Source: Blepharisma stoltei ATCC 30299 (taxonomy: Eukaryota > Protista > Ciliophora). From it: a stretch of 64,000 nucleotides of DNA. Made by a program: the position numbers and the translations under genes. The stretch is from the NCBI GenBank assembly GCA_965603825.1, contig CBFDEM010000005.1:831505-895504 (forward strand), read 5' to 3'. Below the pieces are notes generated by a model. That model was not told the origin of the DNA. It saw nothing but the letters and a program-made list of their open reading frames with translations, and ran no database searches. Below, piece by piece: positions 22,028 through 35,193 of this stretch (positions within the stretch are counted from its first letter, which is position 1; every line of letters starts with the position of its first letter).

Positions 22028-24178
22028 ATGGATCCATCATACCTAAATTATTTGGCGAGTTATGGGATTGAGCCTCTCAAATACATGGAAATGCAAGCTA
22101 ATTATCTAAGATACCTCGCAAGCTGTTATCCAGGAGAATCTCCAACTCCTCCAAGCCAGTGAAATATGGGGATCCCTGGACTGCCAATGATGCCGAGAAA
22201 CGAGCCTTTGCTAAATAATTTTGAAGAAACTAACAGAGACGACATGTCTGTAAAAAGCGAAAAATCTTTTAAGAGCCGAAAGGAATTTATAGAGCCGCTA
22301 AGAGAAATTCCCCAAAATTTTGAGCCAGAAATTAAAAAAGAGGAAGAAAGAAAAATCGAAGAACCAGTTAAAATAGAAAACCCACAGCCAATTATTGAAG
22401 AAAAAATTGTTGAAAGGCCTGAGCAAAAAGCTGAAGCCTGGACTGTATCAATGGCGCCTTCTAAGGCTCGATATGAGCCGCCTCCTGCATTTTCAAGAAA
22501 AAGCCTTGCAGATCCTGACGAAATCCCTATAAAAAATTCAGGAAAAGATTTTGAAAAATTGCTTGAAGAGCAAATAAAAATAAACGCTCAGGCGGAATTG
22601 CAGGAAAGCCCTGGATATGAAAAGCCTAAGCATGAATTTTTAAAAAGGGGTAGCAAAGCACCTGTTTCTAGGCCAGCCCCACAAACGCCAAAACCAAAAA
22701 TTGCAGATGACACTCAGAATAAGCCGTGGAAAATCCCCAAAGTGGACGTAGAAGAAATAAAAAGACCTATAAGAACGCCAGTTAGTAGGAGAAGTGAAGA
22801 TGAAAATCATGAAGAAGAAGCCAAAATAAAAAGAGCGTTTTTAAAAAGAGGAGAAGGGCAATTATGTATGAAAAATAGGCCGGTTTCGAATATTAAGCCG
22901 AGGCAAACGCCGCAGAGATTGAATAGATCAATTTCTCAAACGGAGTATAAAGAGATTGCAAACTTGTCGTATTCTTCAGAAGAGGAAGAAAATATTGTTA
23001 ATGAGTATTCACTGCCAAAGCAAATTGAAAATAATGAACGAATAGAACAATTGGAAAATGAATTGGAATTTTTCCGCTCAGAAAATGAAAAATTAAAAAA
23101 ATTAGCTAAAGAAATGGACGAAAAAAGAAAAAAAGCAGAAAAAGAATGCGAAAAAATGTCTCAATTTGTCCAGCAGGAGCAAGAAAAGTTTGAAAAATGA
23201 AGGGATGAAGAAATTGAAAAGCTGAGGAGGGAAAGAAAAGTTAGTGAAAGAAATGCAAAATTTCAATCTGGGAAGAAAGAAAAAGAAGAAATAGAGAGTT
23301 TAAAGGCAAATAATGCAAAGCTACTTGAAACTTTAAAACAGAAAGATACAAAGTATAAAATAAATATTGACAAATTAAAACAAAAAATTGAAGAATTAAC
23401 TGAAATGAACAATGAGCTAGAAAAAGCTAACACAGACCTAAAAATAGCTGCAATGCGGAATAAACTAGACTCTAAAGAGGAATTAAAGAAACCCCCAATC
23501 AATAAGCAAGAAGAAGTAAAAAAACCTCAAATCTTCAAACAAGAAGAAGCGAAAAAGCTTCAAAGCTACAAGACCCCAGATATAATTGTAACGGCCGAAA
23601 AAAGTATATCAGAAGAAAGCGAAGAAAAAGAGTCAGACGAAGACAGTCCGATTGACCATCAAATAAAAGGATACTCCCAACAGTCTCCTGCAAATAGAAA
23701 AAGTGATGGCAAAAAAGAAGATGGTAAACGAGAAATCGTTTTCAGCAACGGCGTCCGCAAAGAGATGTTCCCTGACGGCCATTCAGTAGTCCACTTCACA
23801 AATAACGATGTAAAACAGTCATTCCCTGACGGAAAAATCATCTATTTTTTCGCAGAAACCAAAACTACCCAAACCACTTTTCCAGACGGTCTTCAGCTTT
23901 TTAAATTCAACAACGGCCAAGTAGAAAAGCATTTCCCAGACGGCACCAAAGAAATTTCATTCCCAGACGGCACAGTCAAATGCATTTTTACAGATGGCGA
24001 AGAAGAGTCCATTTTCCCAGACGGGACTGTCCAAAAAGTCGATATCCAAGGCATCAAATACATTGACTTTGTAAATGGACAAAAAGATACAATTTTCCCT
24101 GATGGCACAAAAATCAGAGAATTTCCTGATGGCCGAGTAAGGAAAATCATGCCTGATGGGCGAGTCTTTGAACAATAA
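22028..24178 (+). CDS. SAS4: Centriole protein SAS-4/CENPJ (CPAP) homolog
   Basis: DEIPIK...FEKLLEEQI and FLKRG motifs, coiled coil FEKW(TGA)RDEEIEKL, C-terminal TCP/G-box with FPDG repeats. Confidence 0.88.
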
Positions 24179-24197
24179 TAATTTCATAATTTAAAAA

Positions 24198-25040
24198 ATG
24201 ACTGAAAATATAGAGCAGGTCTTAAACTGAATTTTGAAGCCGCAGTATAAAGACAAAGCTATCAGCTGGGCACAAGCTTGCACAAGCGACGAAATGAAAG
24301 GACTGAAACTAATAGGTGCGATTTTTAAACATAAAGGTAAAAAGAAGTTCAGAAAAAACAGCCATGACCCGAATACATCAGCTAGGAGCGTAAAAGCGTT
24401 TGAATCGGAGCTGAGAAAGCGGCAATTGATGTCGACTTATGAAAGCGAATTTTCGTATAGAGCGAACCCAAATACTAATATTTTGCAATACAGGAAACTT
24501 GGCGATATTCAGTGTAGCGAAATTTTGACACCTTTGGCAGTTATGTTTATTGAAGAATGGATTGACTTAAAAGATGACCCAAAATACCAGAGCCTTGTTT
24601 TGCAGTGCTTGAGGTCATTAAATGCTATAATAAAATCATCAAGCGCCTCAGTGTCTGAAACTCATAAGTCGTTTTTATGAAATGACCCAACTAAAAATTT
24701 TAAACCTCATAGACTTGATCAAGTTTCTTCAGCACTTGGAAACCGCTCTCAGAGTGCCTCCAAGCCATGGGTAAGACCTAACAGTGCTCAACAAGTCGAT
24801 ACCAAAATAAATCCGGTTATGTTTACGAAAGATGACTTAAATAAAAGAAAGCAAGCTCTTATATCAGGAAGTGGAATTATAGGGAAGTGGGTAGTTGCTC
24901 CTACAAATCCTCATATTTCGCATTACCAAGAAACTTATGTAACACATTTCCATAAGTATATGCGTGCTGATCCTGGCGACAAATATACTTCAATTTCCGT
25001 GGGCCGTATGCTTCCAACCCCAGACATATCGAACTTATAA
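24198..25040 (+). CDS. Hypothetical protein (280 aa)
   Basis: ATG 24198; continuous frame across two TGA to TAA 25040. Confidence 0.65.
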
Positions 25041-25173
25041 TAATTTTAACGAAATGGAAATTTAAAGGTATTTTATTCACAATTTATAAATAACTTTTAA
25101 ATAGAAGTAATTTACCGCGCAGCCAAATTTTTGCCTTCGTTTTGGAAGTTTCCCTGTTTAATTAATCTAATTT

Positions 25174-27276
25174 TTATTCACTATCATATAATTCTAGAAG
25201 ATCGCTATTACAAATGCAAAATTCTGCATTAAATCCTAGTGAGCGTGACGCGTCTTCGCATTTTCCTCCATATGAGTCTATTCGATAAATTTGGCTAATT
25301 TTCCCTATCATTTTCTGTGATTTATGGATAACAGGAAAAGTATGTAAAGCCTTATCAGAATCCAACAGACTTGTCTCATAAGGAGAAACATAGGTCCAAG
25401 CATCAAATACGGCATCTGACTCATTTATTTCTAATTGGATTTTATATATCATTGTATTCGATTCCGCTTCAGTTGAAGATGCACTATTTATCAATTTCAA
25501 TGTAACTTTTCTGCACAAAATTCCTTTATCGTGGATTTTTGATGAATAAGAATTTGAATTGATCGTATTTATCACTTCCTCAGCTACTGTCTGAAGAAAT
25601 TTTGTTTCTGCTTTATCTAATGCCTGCATGTCTATATTTTTCAAATAATAAGTGCTGCAAAGCCAAGGAGGGATCCCAGCGTCATTGCAAGTCCTATTAT
25701 TTGGGACTTTTTCATTAAATAAGTTAAAATACCGTGAATCAGGATTCAGGGTTTTTCCGTATAGTTCTCCAGCCAAATAAATGACTGTTCTCCTTAAATC
25801 TGGTTTTGTGGTCAGTCTATATGTGTTGTGCTCTAAAGTGTCATAAGAATTTGGGATTCTATCTAATAATTCTCTTTTAGCTGCCAAAAAGAATACAGGA
25901 AGCCTATGCTCTTGCATAGAGTTTGGCTTACTTTTAAACCCAGCATACCTCATCCCATGGTCTCCTACAATCATAAAGACAACATTATGCGTATTTTCAA
26001 ATTTTGCGAGTTTTTTTAAATATCATGTCAGGTCTTCGTCTATTGTTTGGGCATGCTGGCCTGTGATTTCGTGAGCCGCTGTAAAATGATTATAAATCCA
26101 TAGGCTGGTTTGGCTATACATTTCTGCAAACCGAAGGGAATAGTCCATTAAATATCAATGGGACATCTGTGGACCTAAGCAACGGATATTTTTTGCTTTA
26201 AATTTTGATGATGAATATCCTGCGAAATCTTTAGCTGCACAGTAAAAAGGCTGAACTACATGATCAGCGTCTGGAAATGGCCCGAAAAATGTATTTAGCT
26301 TATAAGCGCACATTTCCATCCCTAGTAAAGTCATAAAACCCATCCGTTGTAATTTTTTTCATAAAGCATGTCTCCCTAGTCTACTGTCTGTTAACGGATA
26401 AGACTCAATTGAATTATTACCCAAAAAAGTTGACTGATTTTCTAAAGTACTTGCCCCAATGATATTATGGAATTTAAAATCATAAACTTTTCAAGCTGCA
26501 CTCATTTCTAGAGAATTTAGATATGAAATTGTTGTTGGGAGTTTTCTAAAAAAATGCCGCCTTGAAAAACTGTCTAGAGTTATTGTAGCGATTAAGAGAG
26601 GTTTTTTATCAAGTTTTGATTCTGTTTTAAAGCTTTTCATTGTGTCTATTGCATTAGAATAAGCTTGTGCATTAAACCTAGGAGTTGTAAAAAATGTATC
26701 AAAATGGTCACTTTCAGGGTTGCATAGTCCCATAATAAATTCTGTGTGTGGCTGTAATTTCGCGTTCTTTTTTGTATATTTTTTAACATTTCAGTGTTTT
26801 TTCCCTAATTTTGGCGACGTATAAAGTTTTGGCTTCGGTGGACCAACCAAGAACTTTCCCCCAGTACAATTCTTAATTTCAAATTTATTATTGCTAAGAT
26901 TGACTTCAATATCTTTGTTCCTGTCCTCATATAAAGTATCACATCTAGGATATTCATACTTCGGAAAGAGAATTTCAGCTTCCTCTATTGTGTACCCAAA
27001 AGAAGCTGGAATTGCAGGTATTATTTGTTTCATCATAAGCATTTGATCTGTATCATTGATGGAAAAAGGCTTTGGAGTAAAAGCTTTTTTAAAATTTTTA
27101 TTTGATAGAGTGACGTGATTACTAATGTATGCATTTTCTATTTGAGTATCGAGTTCTGGGACTATTCTGGTAGTTTGGGGACACAAAAGGAGGGAGGCAA
27201 GCACATAAAGAAGAAAGATTAAACATGAAGTAAGAATGGCATGGCATTTTGATATAGGAGATGGAAAGGTTGCCAT
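25174..27276 (-). CDS. DUF229 / alkaline-phosphatase-superfamily type II membrane protein
   Basis: Four ORFs joined by TGA; N-terminal TM; LDSFSRRHFFRKLPTT, NIIGASTLEN, GDHGMRY, QEHRLP, RLTTKPDL, RTCNDAGIP. Confidence 0.82.
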
Positions 27277-27548
27277 TTTATAATCATTATATAAGAAATC
27301 GATAGATTTAGTAGGAGTTTTCTGCTTTATTAGAAATAGTTTTAATTATAATGAATCAAAATTTAAAAGCAAATTTTAATGATTTTTTAATGGAAACCTC
27401 TTAAAAAATTAAATTTATTTCTGTAAATCTATTTAAGATTTCAGTTCATAAGAACAGCTAAAAATAGTTAACTGTAATTAATTTTGCTGAGGACCCCTAT
27501 GGGAATTTAAATAATAATTAATTTCTAATTTCACCATGTATAATTATT

Positions 27549-28010
27549 ATGGGCAAAGAAGAAGAAAAGAAGGCAGAAGCCAAAAAGCATAAAAAAGTTG
27601 ATAAAGAAACAAAGAAAAAAGTTGACTCCAAAGCAGCAAAGCCTAAAGAAGCAAAAGCAGCAAAGCCAAAAACCCCAGCAAAATCTGCAAAAAAACCTGA
27701 TGAGAAATCCGCTCCTAAGCCAGCTCAGAAAAAGAAAGCCCCAGAAAAGCCTACTAAAGAGGAGCCAAAACCCGAAAAAAAATCAAAACCTTCAAAACAA
27801 TTCCAAGACGAGGACGGGCTTCCTATCCAGCGAAAGCCAGGCCAAAAATACCCAGAACCCTCCTTAGATGATCCCACAAGAGCATTTTACGAAAGTCTTT
27901 ATGAGCAGAATCCTAAAAGCTTGATGGCTCAAAAATATTGCTTAGATTACGGCCTTTTGCCTGAAGAAGTCGCACAGAAACTGTTAAGCGTATTTAATAA
28001 GAAAAAATAA
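27549..28010 (+). CDS. Lys-rich protein with a small globular-looking C-terminal domain
   Basis: K/A/P-rich N-terminus; PGQKYPEPSLDDPTRAFYESLYEQNPKSLMAQKYCLDYGLL. Confidence 0.75.
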   Translation: MGKEEEKKAEAKKHKKVDKETKKKVDSKAAKPKEAKAAKPKTPAKSAKKPDEKSAPKPAQKKKAPEKPTKEEPKPEKKSKPSKQFQDEDGLPIQRKPGQKYPEPSLDDPTRAFYESLYEQNPKSLMAQKYCLDYGLLPEEVAQKLLSVFNKKK

Positions 28011-28020
28011 TTCTATTAAT

Positions 28021-29694
28021 TTACACAGCTAACTTCTTAAGTGACGTCAAAAACTCCCATTGATTACTCTCTTGCAAAGGTACAACTGCAGGAGTATTCA
28101 GATATTCTATGCTCTTTATAGGGAAAATCATATCTAGCGTCAATTTAAATGCGTCATTTATCATTCTTGGTATCAATTGTTGCAGCAAAGGTGAAGAAAG
28201 CTCTAAACAAGGATTTGTGTTGCATTCTATAAGCCATGGTTTCATAGTAGAATCTAATATAAAATCGTAACCAAAAATTTCGAAACAGAATTGGCGTTGA
28301 TTTGGGTTCAGCTTTCCTTTGACTGATCTTAAGCTGTGCGTGATTAATTCTTTCATGCCTGCAATAATTCTTCCTAATGAGTTTTTGGAGTTTGGGAATT
28401 GCTGGTCGAGATATTTGTGCAGAAACTCAAAAGAAAGCTGGTTCCCATCTTCAAATTTTCCATAATCTGCACCTTCTTTTTGTATTGCGTTGTTTGTTAA
28501 ATGGACATATTCGCTTGTTAGTTGGTCGTCTGTCAATGTAAAAGGGGCTGAAGAAGTGCGGATATAGCCTTGAGAGAAGAAATAGCAGTCATATTCATGA
28601 GTGACGAGAACCCAAACTCTAATGTCAAATTTTCTACCGTCGATTAATAGAGGGCTTTCTATGTATTTTTGGACTACGAATTTCATAGTTAATTGTGGAT
28701 TTTTGGCGAATTTAGGTTTCGTTATATTTTGTGCTGAGGATTGGACATCAGCTAATAAATTTTTTAATGTGGAAATATCATTAAATATGTGGATCCCCCT
28801 TCCTCTGTTGAAACCTGAAGGCTTCAAGAGCCAAAGGTTTTTGGTGCCATTTTGGGAGTTGCTTTTAAAGTACCCTACAAATTTACTCATTTGTGACGTG
28901 AAATCTTTTGATTCCATGTTTAAAGGGAAGGTAACTGGCATCAACTTTGTGATGTCCATTGCTTTTAGTTTGCAATAAGATACCATATTGCTATATAAAA
29001 GCATTTTATTACTCAGCTGTGCATGAAACTCAAAATGATTGGCCATTTGAGTTGGCAAGTAAGGCATAAGCCTATCAAAGCGGATTTTTACTGATGTTGG
29101 ATGCCATATAAAATGAAGATTCGTCCTCCCATTTTCTGCTTCCACCCAATTAGCCCTGAGCCCAAGAATATTGTGAATTAATGACGAGTTATTTCCTTTG
29201 AATATAAGAAATTTATATTCTGACTCAGAATTTTCACGATATGTCAAATCTTGGTAAGGTGACACATTTTCTCTAACACTATCAGGGAAAGAAGCACTTC
29301 TGATTGTTTGCTGATTTTGCAGTCCAATCCCTGTTGCAATTAATGCTCTTTCTGAGAAATTTTCTGCCTTCTTTCTGATTTTCAGTATTGAGGGGTTGCC
29401 AAAACCTCCTGTCATGTTCAGTTTTTTCATTGGCAGCTTAGCACTTCGAGGACTGTGGATCACTCGCAATGATGAGTTGCAGACACAAAATTGGTTGGAA
29501 TGCATTAAAATTGCTTGTGAAGGCTTTGGAAATTTTATTTTTTTGCAGTCTTCACAAATAAATGCTGAGCTTGGTCGCAATGGGTCAGATCCTTTTGGAC
29601 TCTTTTCGGAATTTTTTTCCCTGTTTTTGGCTTTAATCATCTCGATTATGGTTTTGTGAGCGATTAATCGAGAACTTGGCTTATTCTTCATCAT
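28021..29694 (-). CDS. Tubulin-tyrosine-ligase-like enzyme (probable glycylase class)
   Basis: NHFE, WLLKPSGFNRGRGI, VVQKYIESPLLIDGRKFDIRVWVLV, HLTNNAIQK, FEIFGYDF, WLIECNTNP. Confidence 0.9.
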   Translation of the reverse strand: MMKNKPSSRLIAHKTIIEMIKAKNREKNSEKSPKGSDPLRPSSAFICEDCKKIKFPKPSQAILMHSNQFCVCNSSLRVIHSPRSAKLPMKKLNMTGGFGNPSILKIRKKAENFSERALIATGIGLQNQQTIRSASFPDSVRENVSPYQDLTYRENSESEYKFLIFKGNNSSLIHNILGLRANWVEAENGRTNLHFIWHPTSVKIRFDRLMPYLPTQMANHFEFHAQLSNKMLLYSNMVSYCKLKAMDITKLMPVTFPLNMESKDFTSQMSKFVGYFKSNSQNGTKNLWLLKPSGFNRGRGIHIFNDISTLKNLLADVQSSAQNITKPKFAKNPQLTMKFVVQKYIESPLLIDGRKFDIRVWVLVTHEYDCYFFSQGYIRTSSAPFTLTDDQLTSEYVHLTNNAIQKEGADYGKFEDGNQLSFEFLHKYLDQQFPNSKNSLGRIIAGMKELITHSLRSVKGKLNPNQRQFCFEIFGYDFILDSTMKPWLIECNTNPCLELSSPLLQQLIPRMINDAFKLTLDMIFPIKSIEYLNTPAVVPLQESNQWEFLTSLKKLAV

Positions 29695-30138
29695 TACTTT
29701 ATGCTTTAAATAAATGCCATTTAATTCAAAATATTCAGGAAAAGATGCAATTGACAGTTGTGATTTTATTTATTAATAATTTTCATTTTTGAGTGGTCTG
29801 TTTGTATATTTTAGACACTCACAGTCAGCATCATTTGAGTTTAATTAAATTAGACTTGCAAATAATCCAAAAAAAAGCATTGACTTTATAATTAAGTACC
29901 CAATAAGAGTGCATAAGTCATAAATAATTTTATTATTTAATATTCAAATTTCAAATTTCCCCTAAAATTCCCATTTCTTCTCTTTATTATCTTAAGTTGC
30001 ATAAATTTATTCCAAACGTCATGACTTTTCATTTCTATTCATTAATTATTCATTTTTTCTTTTATACCAGTAAATTCTTCTTCATAATTCCATTCTATTT
30101 TATCACAGTTTTAATTCATCAACCAAACAATACAATAA

Positions 30139-33100
30139 ATGTCAGGTATAACCTTAAGATCAAATGAATCTCAAATTCCAATCCTTTTGGACCGTCTACA
30201 AGAGATTTCTCAGTCCCTTGAGCGAGCCCCTCATAAGCGAAGTTCTTTTAGAGCTGATCCGGAATCCATCATGGAAGATTATCTTGCAGATGTTTCAGAT
30301 GCGCGAAAAAAAGCCCAGGAAGCTATCAAACTTGCCAGAAAATTCCATAAGGCTTATCAAAAATCTTATGCTAATAGTAAAGAATTTTTCAGAAAAGGCG
30401 AAGAGCTTCAAGAGAAAATTGAAGAAATGGAATCCCAGATCAGGGACCAACAAAGCGAGCTGATTTCTCGTGAGCAGCGCTGTGATGGGTTGACTAGTGA
30501 AATTGCTGATTTAGAAAAATTATTTAAAAACACAATAAGCGAGAATTCTCAGCTGAAAAGAGAGATTAATAGCTTAAAGAGGGAAATTACACAAAAGGAG
30601 CAAGAAATCAAAAAGAAGCCTAAAAAAAGCACAAAAAATGAAAATAATGAAAGGGAAAGTGACAAAGCTCTCCAAAATGAGATCGTAATTCTGACTGGAG
30701 AGTTAAAACGGCAGGTTGAAGAAATTGAAGACCTCCACTTCAAGTTAAAAGAAGTTAGCAATTTATTACAGATAGAAAAAAGTGCCAGTGAAAGGCTAAG
30801 GAATTTTATAACACAGATTAAAAACGAAAACTTTGAGCATGGAAAAGAAATTGAAGAGCTGAAAATAGAAAAAAGCATGATGGAAGAAAGAATATTAGGC
30901 TTAAAAAATGAGCTGGTGCAAATGAAGACTTATAATGAACAGCTTGAAAGAGAATATGACAACCAAAGGAGAAGAGCGACGCTAACCGAAATCCCAAAAG
31001 AATTAAATAAAACCGTAAAAATGGTTATAAAAGAAGAGCATGAAGAAGAAAGTGACAAAGAAAGTGGCAGTATTGTTAGCGATGAGAGCGAGAGTGAGAA
31101 AGAAGAAAATGGAGGATTTAGCTTAGAAATAGAAGAATACAATGAAAATATTCATAGAGCTGATACTAGAGCAAAAACAGCACCAGCTCCTGTAGAAGAA
31201 ACTTTAGGAGATTATTTAGGAGAAGAAGAGGAAGAGTCCAATTCAAGTGATAATCCATATTTCATGGTTTCATCACCTACATCAAAATTCAGCATAAATG
31301 GCGACTCGTCGCCAAAGGACAACAAAGTATTTTTCTTGAGCTCTCCCAAAGCAAACTATGATTTGCAGTATCCATCTTTTCAGTTTGATAGTAGCAATGA
31401 TAAAAAGATTTGCCATTGTGACGATATTTCTGTCAGCTCTAAACCAGCTGAGAGCAAAAGGAAAGAAATTTGCGTAGTAAACAGTGAAATTTTAATTTTT
31501 CCAAAGGCAAAAGCGCAAAAGCATATAACTCAATGCGAAGGAATTTTAATTGAAAAAGTTCTAAAGCCAGAATTGCAATTGGAGAACAGTGAAAAGATTT
31601 TAATAAAGCCTAAGGAAAAGCCCACGCTGCATACGAATGAGGCAGAAAAAATATTAATATTGCCCAAGGAAAAGCCAAAACTGCAGCTAAAAATTACTGA
31701 AAGTATGATGATTTCGCCTGAAGAAAAACCAATCCTAGAGCTAAAAACGATCGAAAAATTGATGATTTTACCTAAAGAAAAACCTAAACTAGAGTTAAAG
31801 AGTGAGAATAAGCTCATTATTTTGCCAAAGGAGAAAGCCAAATTGCAACTAAATTTGATTGAAAATCTCATGATTTTCCCAAAGGAAAAAGCTAAATTAG
31901 ATATAAAACTGATACATAAACTCATTATTTTGCCAAAGGAAAAACCCAAGCTCGAGCTAAAAACAAATGAAAAAATCCTTATAATTCCAGTTGAGAAGCC
32001 AAAACTTATTATGGAAAATTTCAAATCATGCTTACCTCCTCTTCAAAAGCCAAAGCTGCAGCTGAATCAAGTAGAAAACTTACTCATTCTGGCAAAAATA
32101 AAACCCAAGAAATCACTTATAAATTGTGGACACATTTTTGTGCACCCTCTGCAAAAAGTCGAAGTGGAGCAGCATATTTCAGATAAACCTACAATTACTT
32201 TGCAATCAATATCAGTTTTTTCTTTATCAATATCAAAACAGCTTAAAAAGGCCCTTGCAATCATTTCGATGAATTCTTTATCACTTTGCAATCAAAAATT
32301 GCCAAATAATTTCCTGATAGCCAATGAAAAATTAATATCAATTCCATCATATAAACAGAAACTAGAATTGCAAAATATTCAAAAACTAAAAATTTGATCA
32401 CTTCCTAAGCTTTCTTACAGCAAGAACAGTGATGTACATATTCTGGAAACTAAAAATGTTCAGCTGGAAGTCCAAAGCATCCAAACCTTAAAAATCTATT
32501 CACCTCCGAAGTTTTCTTGCAGCAAGAATGAACATATAAATATCTTGGAAACCAAAAAGCCTCAATTGGAGCTCCAAAATGTCCAAAAATTACAAATTTA
32601 TTCGCATCCTAAGCTCTCTTACAGTAAGAACAGTCATATAAATATATGGGAAACTAAGAAAACTGAAATAAAGCCTTGTCTTTCTATAAGTTCAGCCAGT
32701 ATTTTTCCAGAAAAACCAATTTCTATTTTACCTCTAAAGTCTTTATTAGAGGTCCAAAACGTTCAAAACACAAAATTGGGCTTAAATTCTTTCCTTTCCT
32801 CCTCAACTCATGATCAAATTCACATTATTTCACCCAAGCCTAAGCCCCAAATTTTCCAGAAGCTACCAAAGGTAGCTCATCCTCTTCAAGCATTTAGCTT
32901 TTGCTATTTAGAAAGCATTTTTATTCGTTCCAAAAATAATTTGTCTGATAACTCCAGTATAAATTCAGACGATACAACTTCTTCAAGACGATCTCGGCTT
33001 AATGCTCCTCAGTCAAGAGACCCAATTAAAGAATTTTTTATTTTTGTAAATTTCATGTAGACGTGTCAAGCTGCCAAACTAAACAGCAAATACAAAGATC

Positions 33101-33219
33101 GACTGGGGAGAGTCCCTGTTAATTCATTATATAGTAAAGTGCTAGAAGAAGGAATTCCATTTAATAAATGGCATGACTATGTTCAAGAGGAATTGCATAA
33201 AGAGTTTGGAAAATGCTAA
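30139..33219 (+). CDS. Large coiled-coil and tandem-repeat protein with small C-terminal domain
   Basis: ORFs 30139-32397 and 32545-33060 join via TGA; intron 33046-33060 adds the exon TCQAAKLNS...IPFNKWHDY. Confidence 0.75.
31540..32110 (+). repeat. ~57-nt / 19-aa coding tandem repeat (KPKLELK..EKL.ILPKE), about 9 units
   Basis: Visible in the translation. Confidence 0.8.
33046..33060 (+). other. 15-nt intron
   Basis: gtaaatttcatgtag; its terminal TAG is an in-frame stop if retained. Confidence 0.8.
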
Positions 33220-33350
33220 TTTTTATTATATTCATAATTTATTATCTATTAGGGCATATAAGAAGGGATTTATTTAATATATGGCCAAGATGAAGTGTTA
33301 GAAATGTTAATTCTTTATTATTTTAAGTTCCCAATAGTAATATTTGTAGA

Positions 33351-34211
33351 ATGGACCCTGATAGTGGAGTGATCAGTAATTCTAATGATTTTAAAAGCCC
33401 TTTAGAAGCAATAAGGGCAGCGTTCAGGCAAAGCCAAGGCCAAAATTCGGGATCTTTTTATTTTGAGTTTTCACCTAATGTTGTTAAAGATAGAGCTGGA
33501 AATACAGAATTTACTCAAGCAAATACAAGATGGGCAATAGAAAGCCAAGAAGAAGCGATAAATAGACAAAACCGCCAAGCAGCAGCTATCATAGATAGAA
33601 GCAATAATGAGTTAAAACACAAACTCACAATAAACAAATTGGAAACAGAAAGACAGTTAAAGCTCTTAGAAAATCAATATGAATTACAAATACATGAGCT
33701 TGATAAAAACCAAGAAATGCAGCAGGCTTGAATGCAATTTCAGTATGAAATGGAGCAAGCACAACAGAATTATGAATTAGAAAAATATAGAGAGAGTGTG
33801 AAAAATGAAATTGCAGGGCTTCATGATCAATTAGAATATGAAAATCAAAAAATTGATTCAGAGTGCAAAATTAAAGAAAGCAGGCTTAGGCATGAAATTT
33901 TAAGAATTGAAGAAAATTCCAAAAAAGAGATAAACCAATTGAAAATGATGAATTTAAGAGAAATCGCACTAAGTGAGTGTGAAAGAGATATAATCATCAA
34001 TGACTATAGAGAAAAAGCAGGAATTAAAATTCAAAAAATAAAGTCTAGGACTCAGGAAGAAGAGACTAGAATGAGATGTGAGGCTGAAGTAAAAATTGCT
34101 AAAATATGGAAAAAGGTTAAGATGCTAGAAATAGGGTTAAATATAGTATCAAATGTGATTTCATTAATTCCCGCTTTGAATAAAGGAGTTGGATTGATCA
34201 AACATCTTTAA
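33351..34211 (+). CDS. Hendecad coiled-coil protein A (cluster)
   Basis: Two ORFs joined by TGA at 33729; amphipathic C-terminus. Confidence 0.75.
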
Positions 34212-34305
34212 TTTATTTTCGCTTTTAAATAAATAATTCTATATCTCTTCTTTATTTTGGTGCTATAATTTAAAGCTTTATTTTGTATTTGTAGAATTAT
34301 AAGTA

Positions 34306-35088
34306 ATGGATCTTAGCAGAAATCCTAATAATCAAAACCCTTACGCAAATTGCAACATGCAGCCCTATAATCGTAATGACAATCAATGGCCTGGTTTTGC
34401 TCCTCCAAATTTTGCTCTTCCGAATCATCAAAATCTCCTGTCAGAAGGTATCTCCCCGCTTGACCCTGGCTTTGATGCCGGAGTCCTCGACGACAGGAAT
34501 TTAAGGCATGCTGAGCTTCAACACGAAAGATGAATGGCAGCTGAAAATCACAGCCACGAGCAAAAACTGGCAATGATAAACGCTTATACCCAAAGCTATG
34601 AAAGCCAGCTAAACTATCATAAAGAACTCGGCACAAAGAGCATGGAAGTCAGCCTTGAGCGCTTCAGAGAAGATGGGAGACTGAAATCTGAAAGAAGGAA
34701 AAACAAGACCGACCTAAAAATCAAAGTAATGGAAAATGAAACAGAAAGAGCCAAAAACCAGGAGGAAGCAGAAACCAATAGAATTACTAGCAACAATAAT
34801 AAAGAAATCGAAAATTGCAAATCAAATACTGAAAGAGAAATTGAAAAATGCAAACAGGAATGCAATAGAGATATTCAGAAATCTCAGTTTGAGTCTCAAG
34901 TTTCAAGTGAAAGAATTAGATCGGATACGCAAATACAGTGTGAGAAATATAAATATGATGCTAAAGTTCAGGAAAAGAAAATTGATAGAGAGATCGCACT
35001 TTTCGGAACATTCAACCAACTCTTCGATAAAGGCACGTCACTAATGAAAAATGCTGCAGGTTTATCTCTAGCAGGGAAAAAAGAATAA
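34306..35088 (+). CDS. Hendecad coiled-coil protein B (cluster)
   Basis: Two ORFs joined by TGA at 34531; clear 11-aa repeats. Confidence 0.75.
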
Positions 35089-35193
35089 CCATGATTAAGT
35101 CTAAGGATCGAATGGTTAAGAATTTGAAATTTTACAGAATAAGGCACTTGGTGCATTAATTTTAGCTGAAAATTATTACAGTGCTCAATGAAA

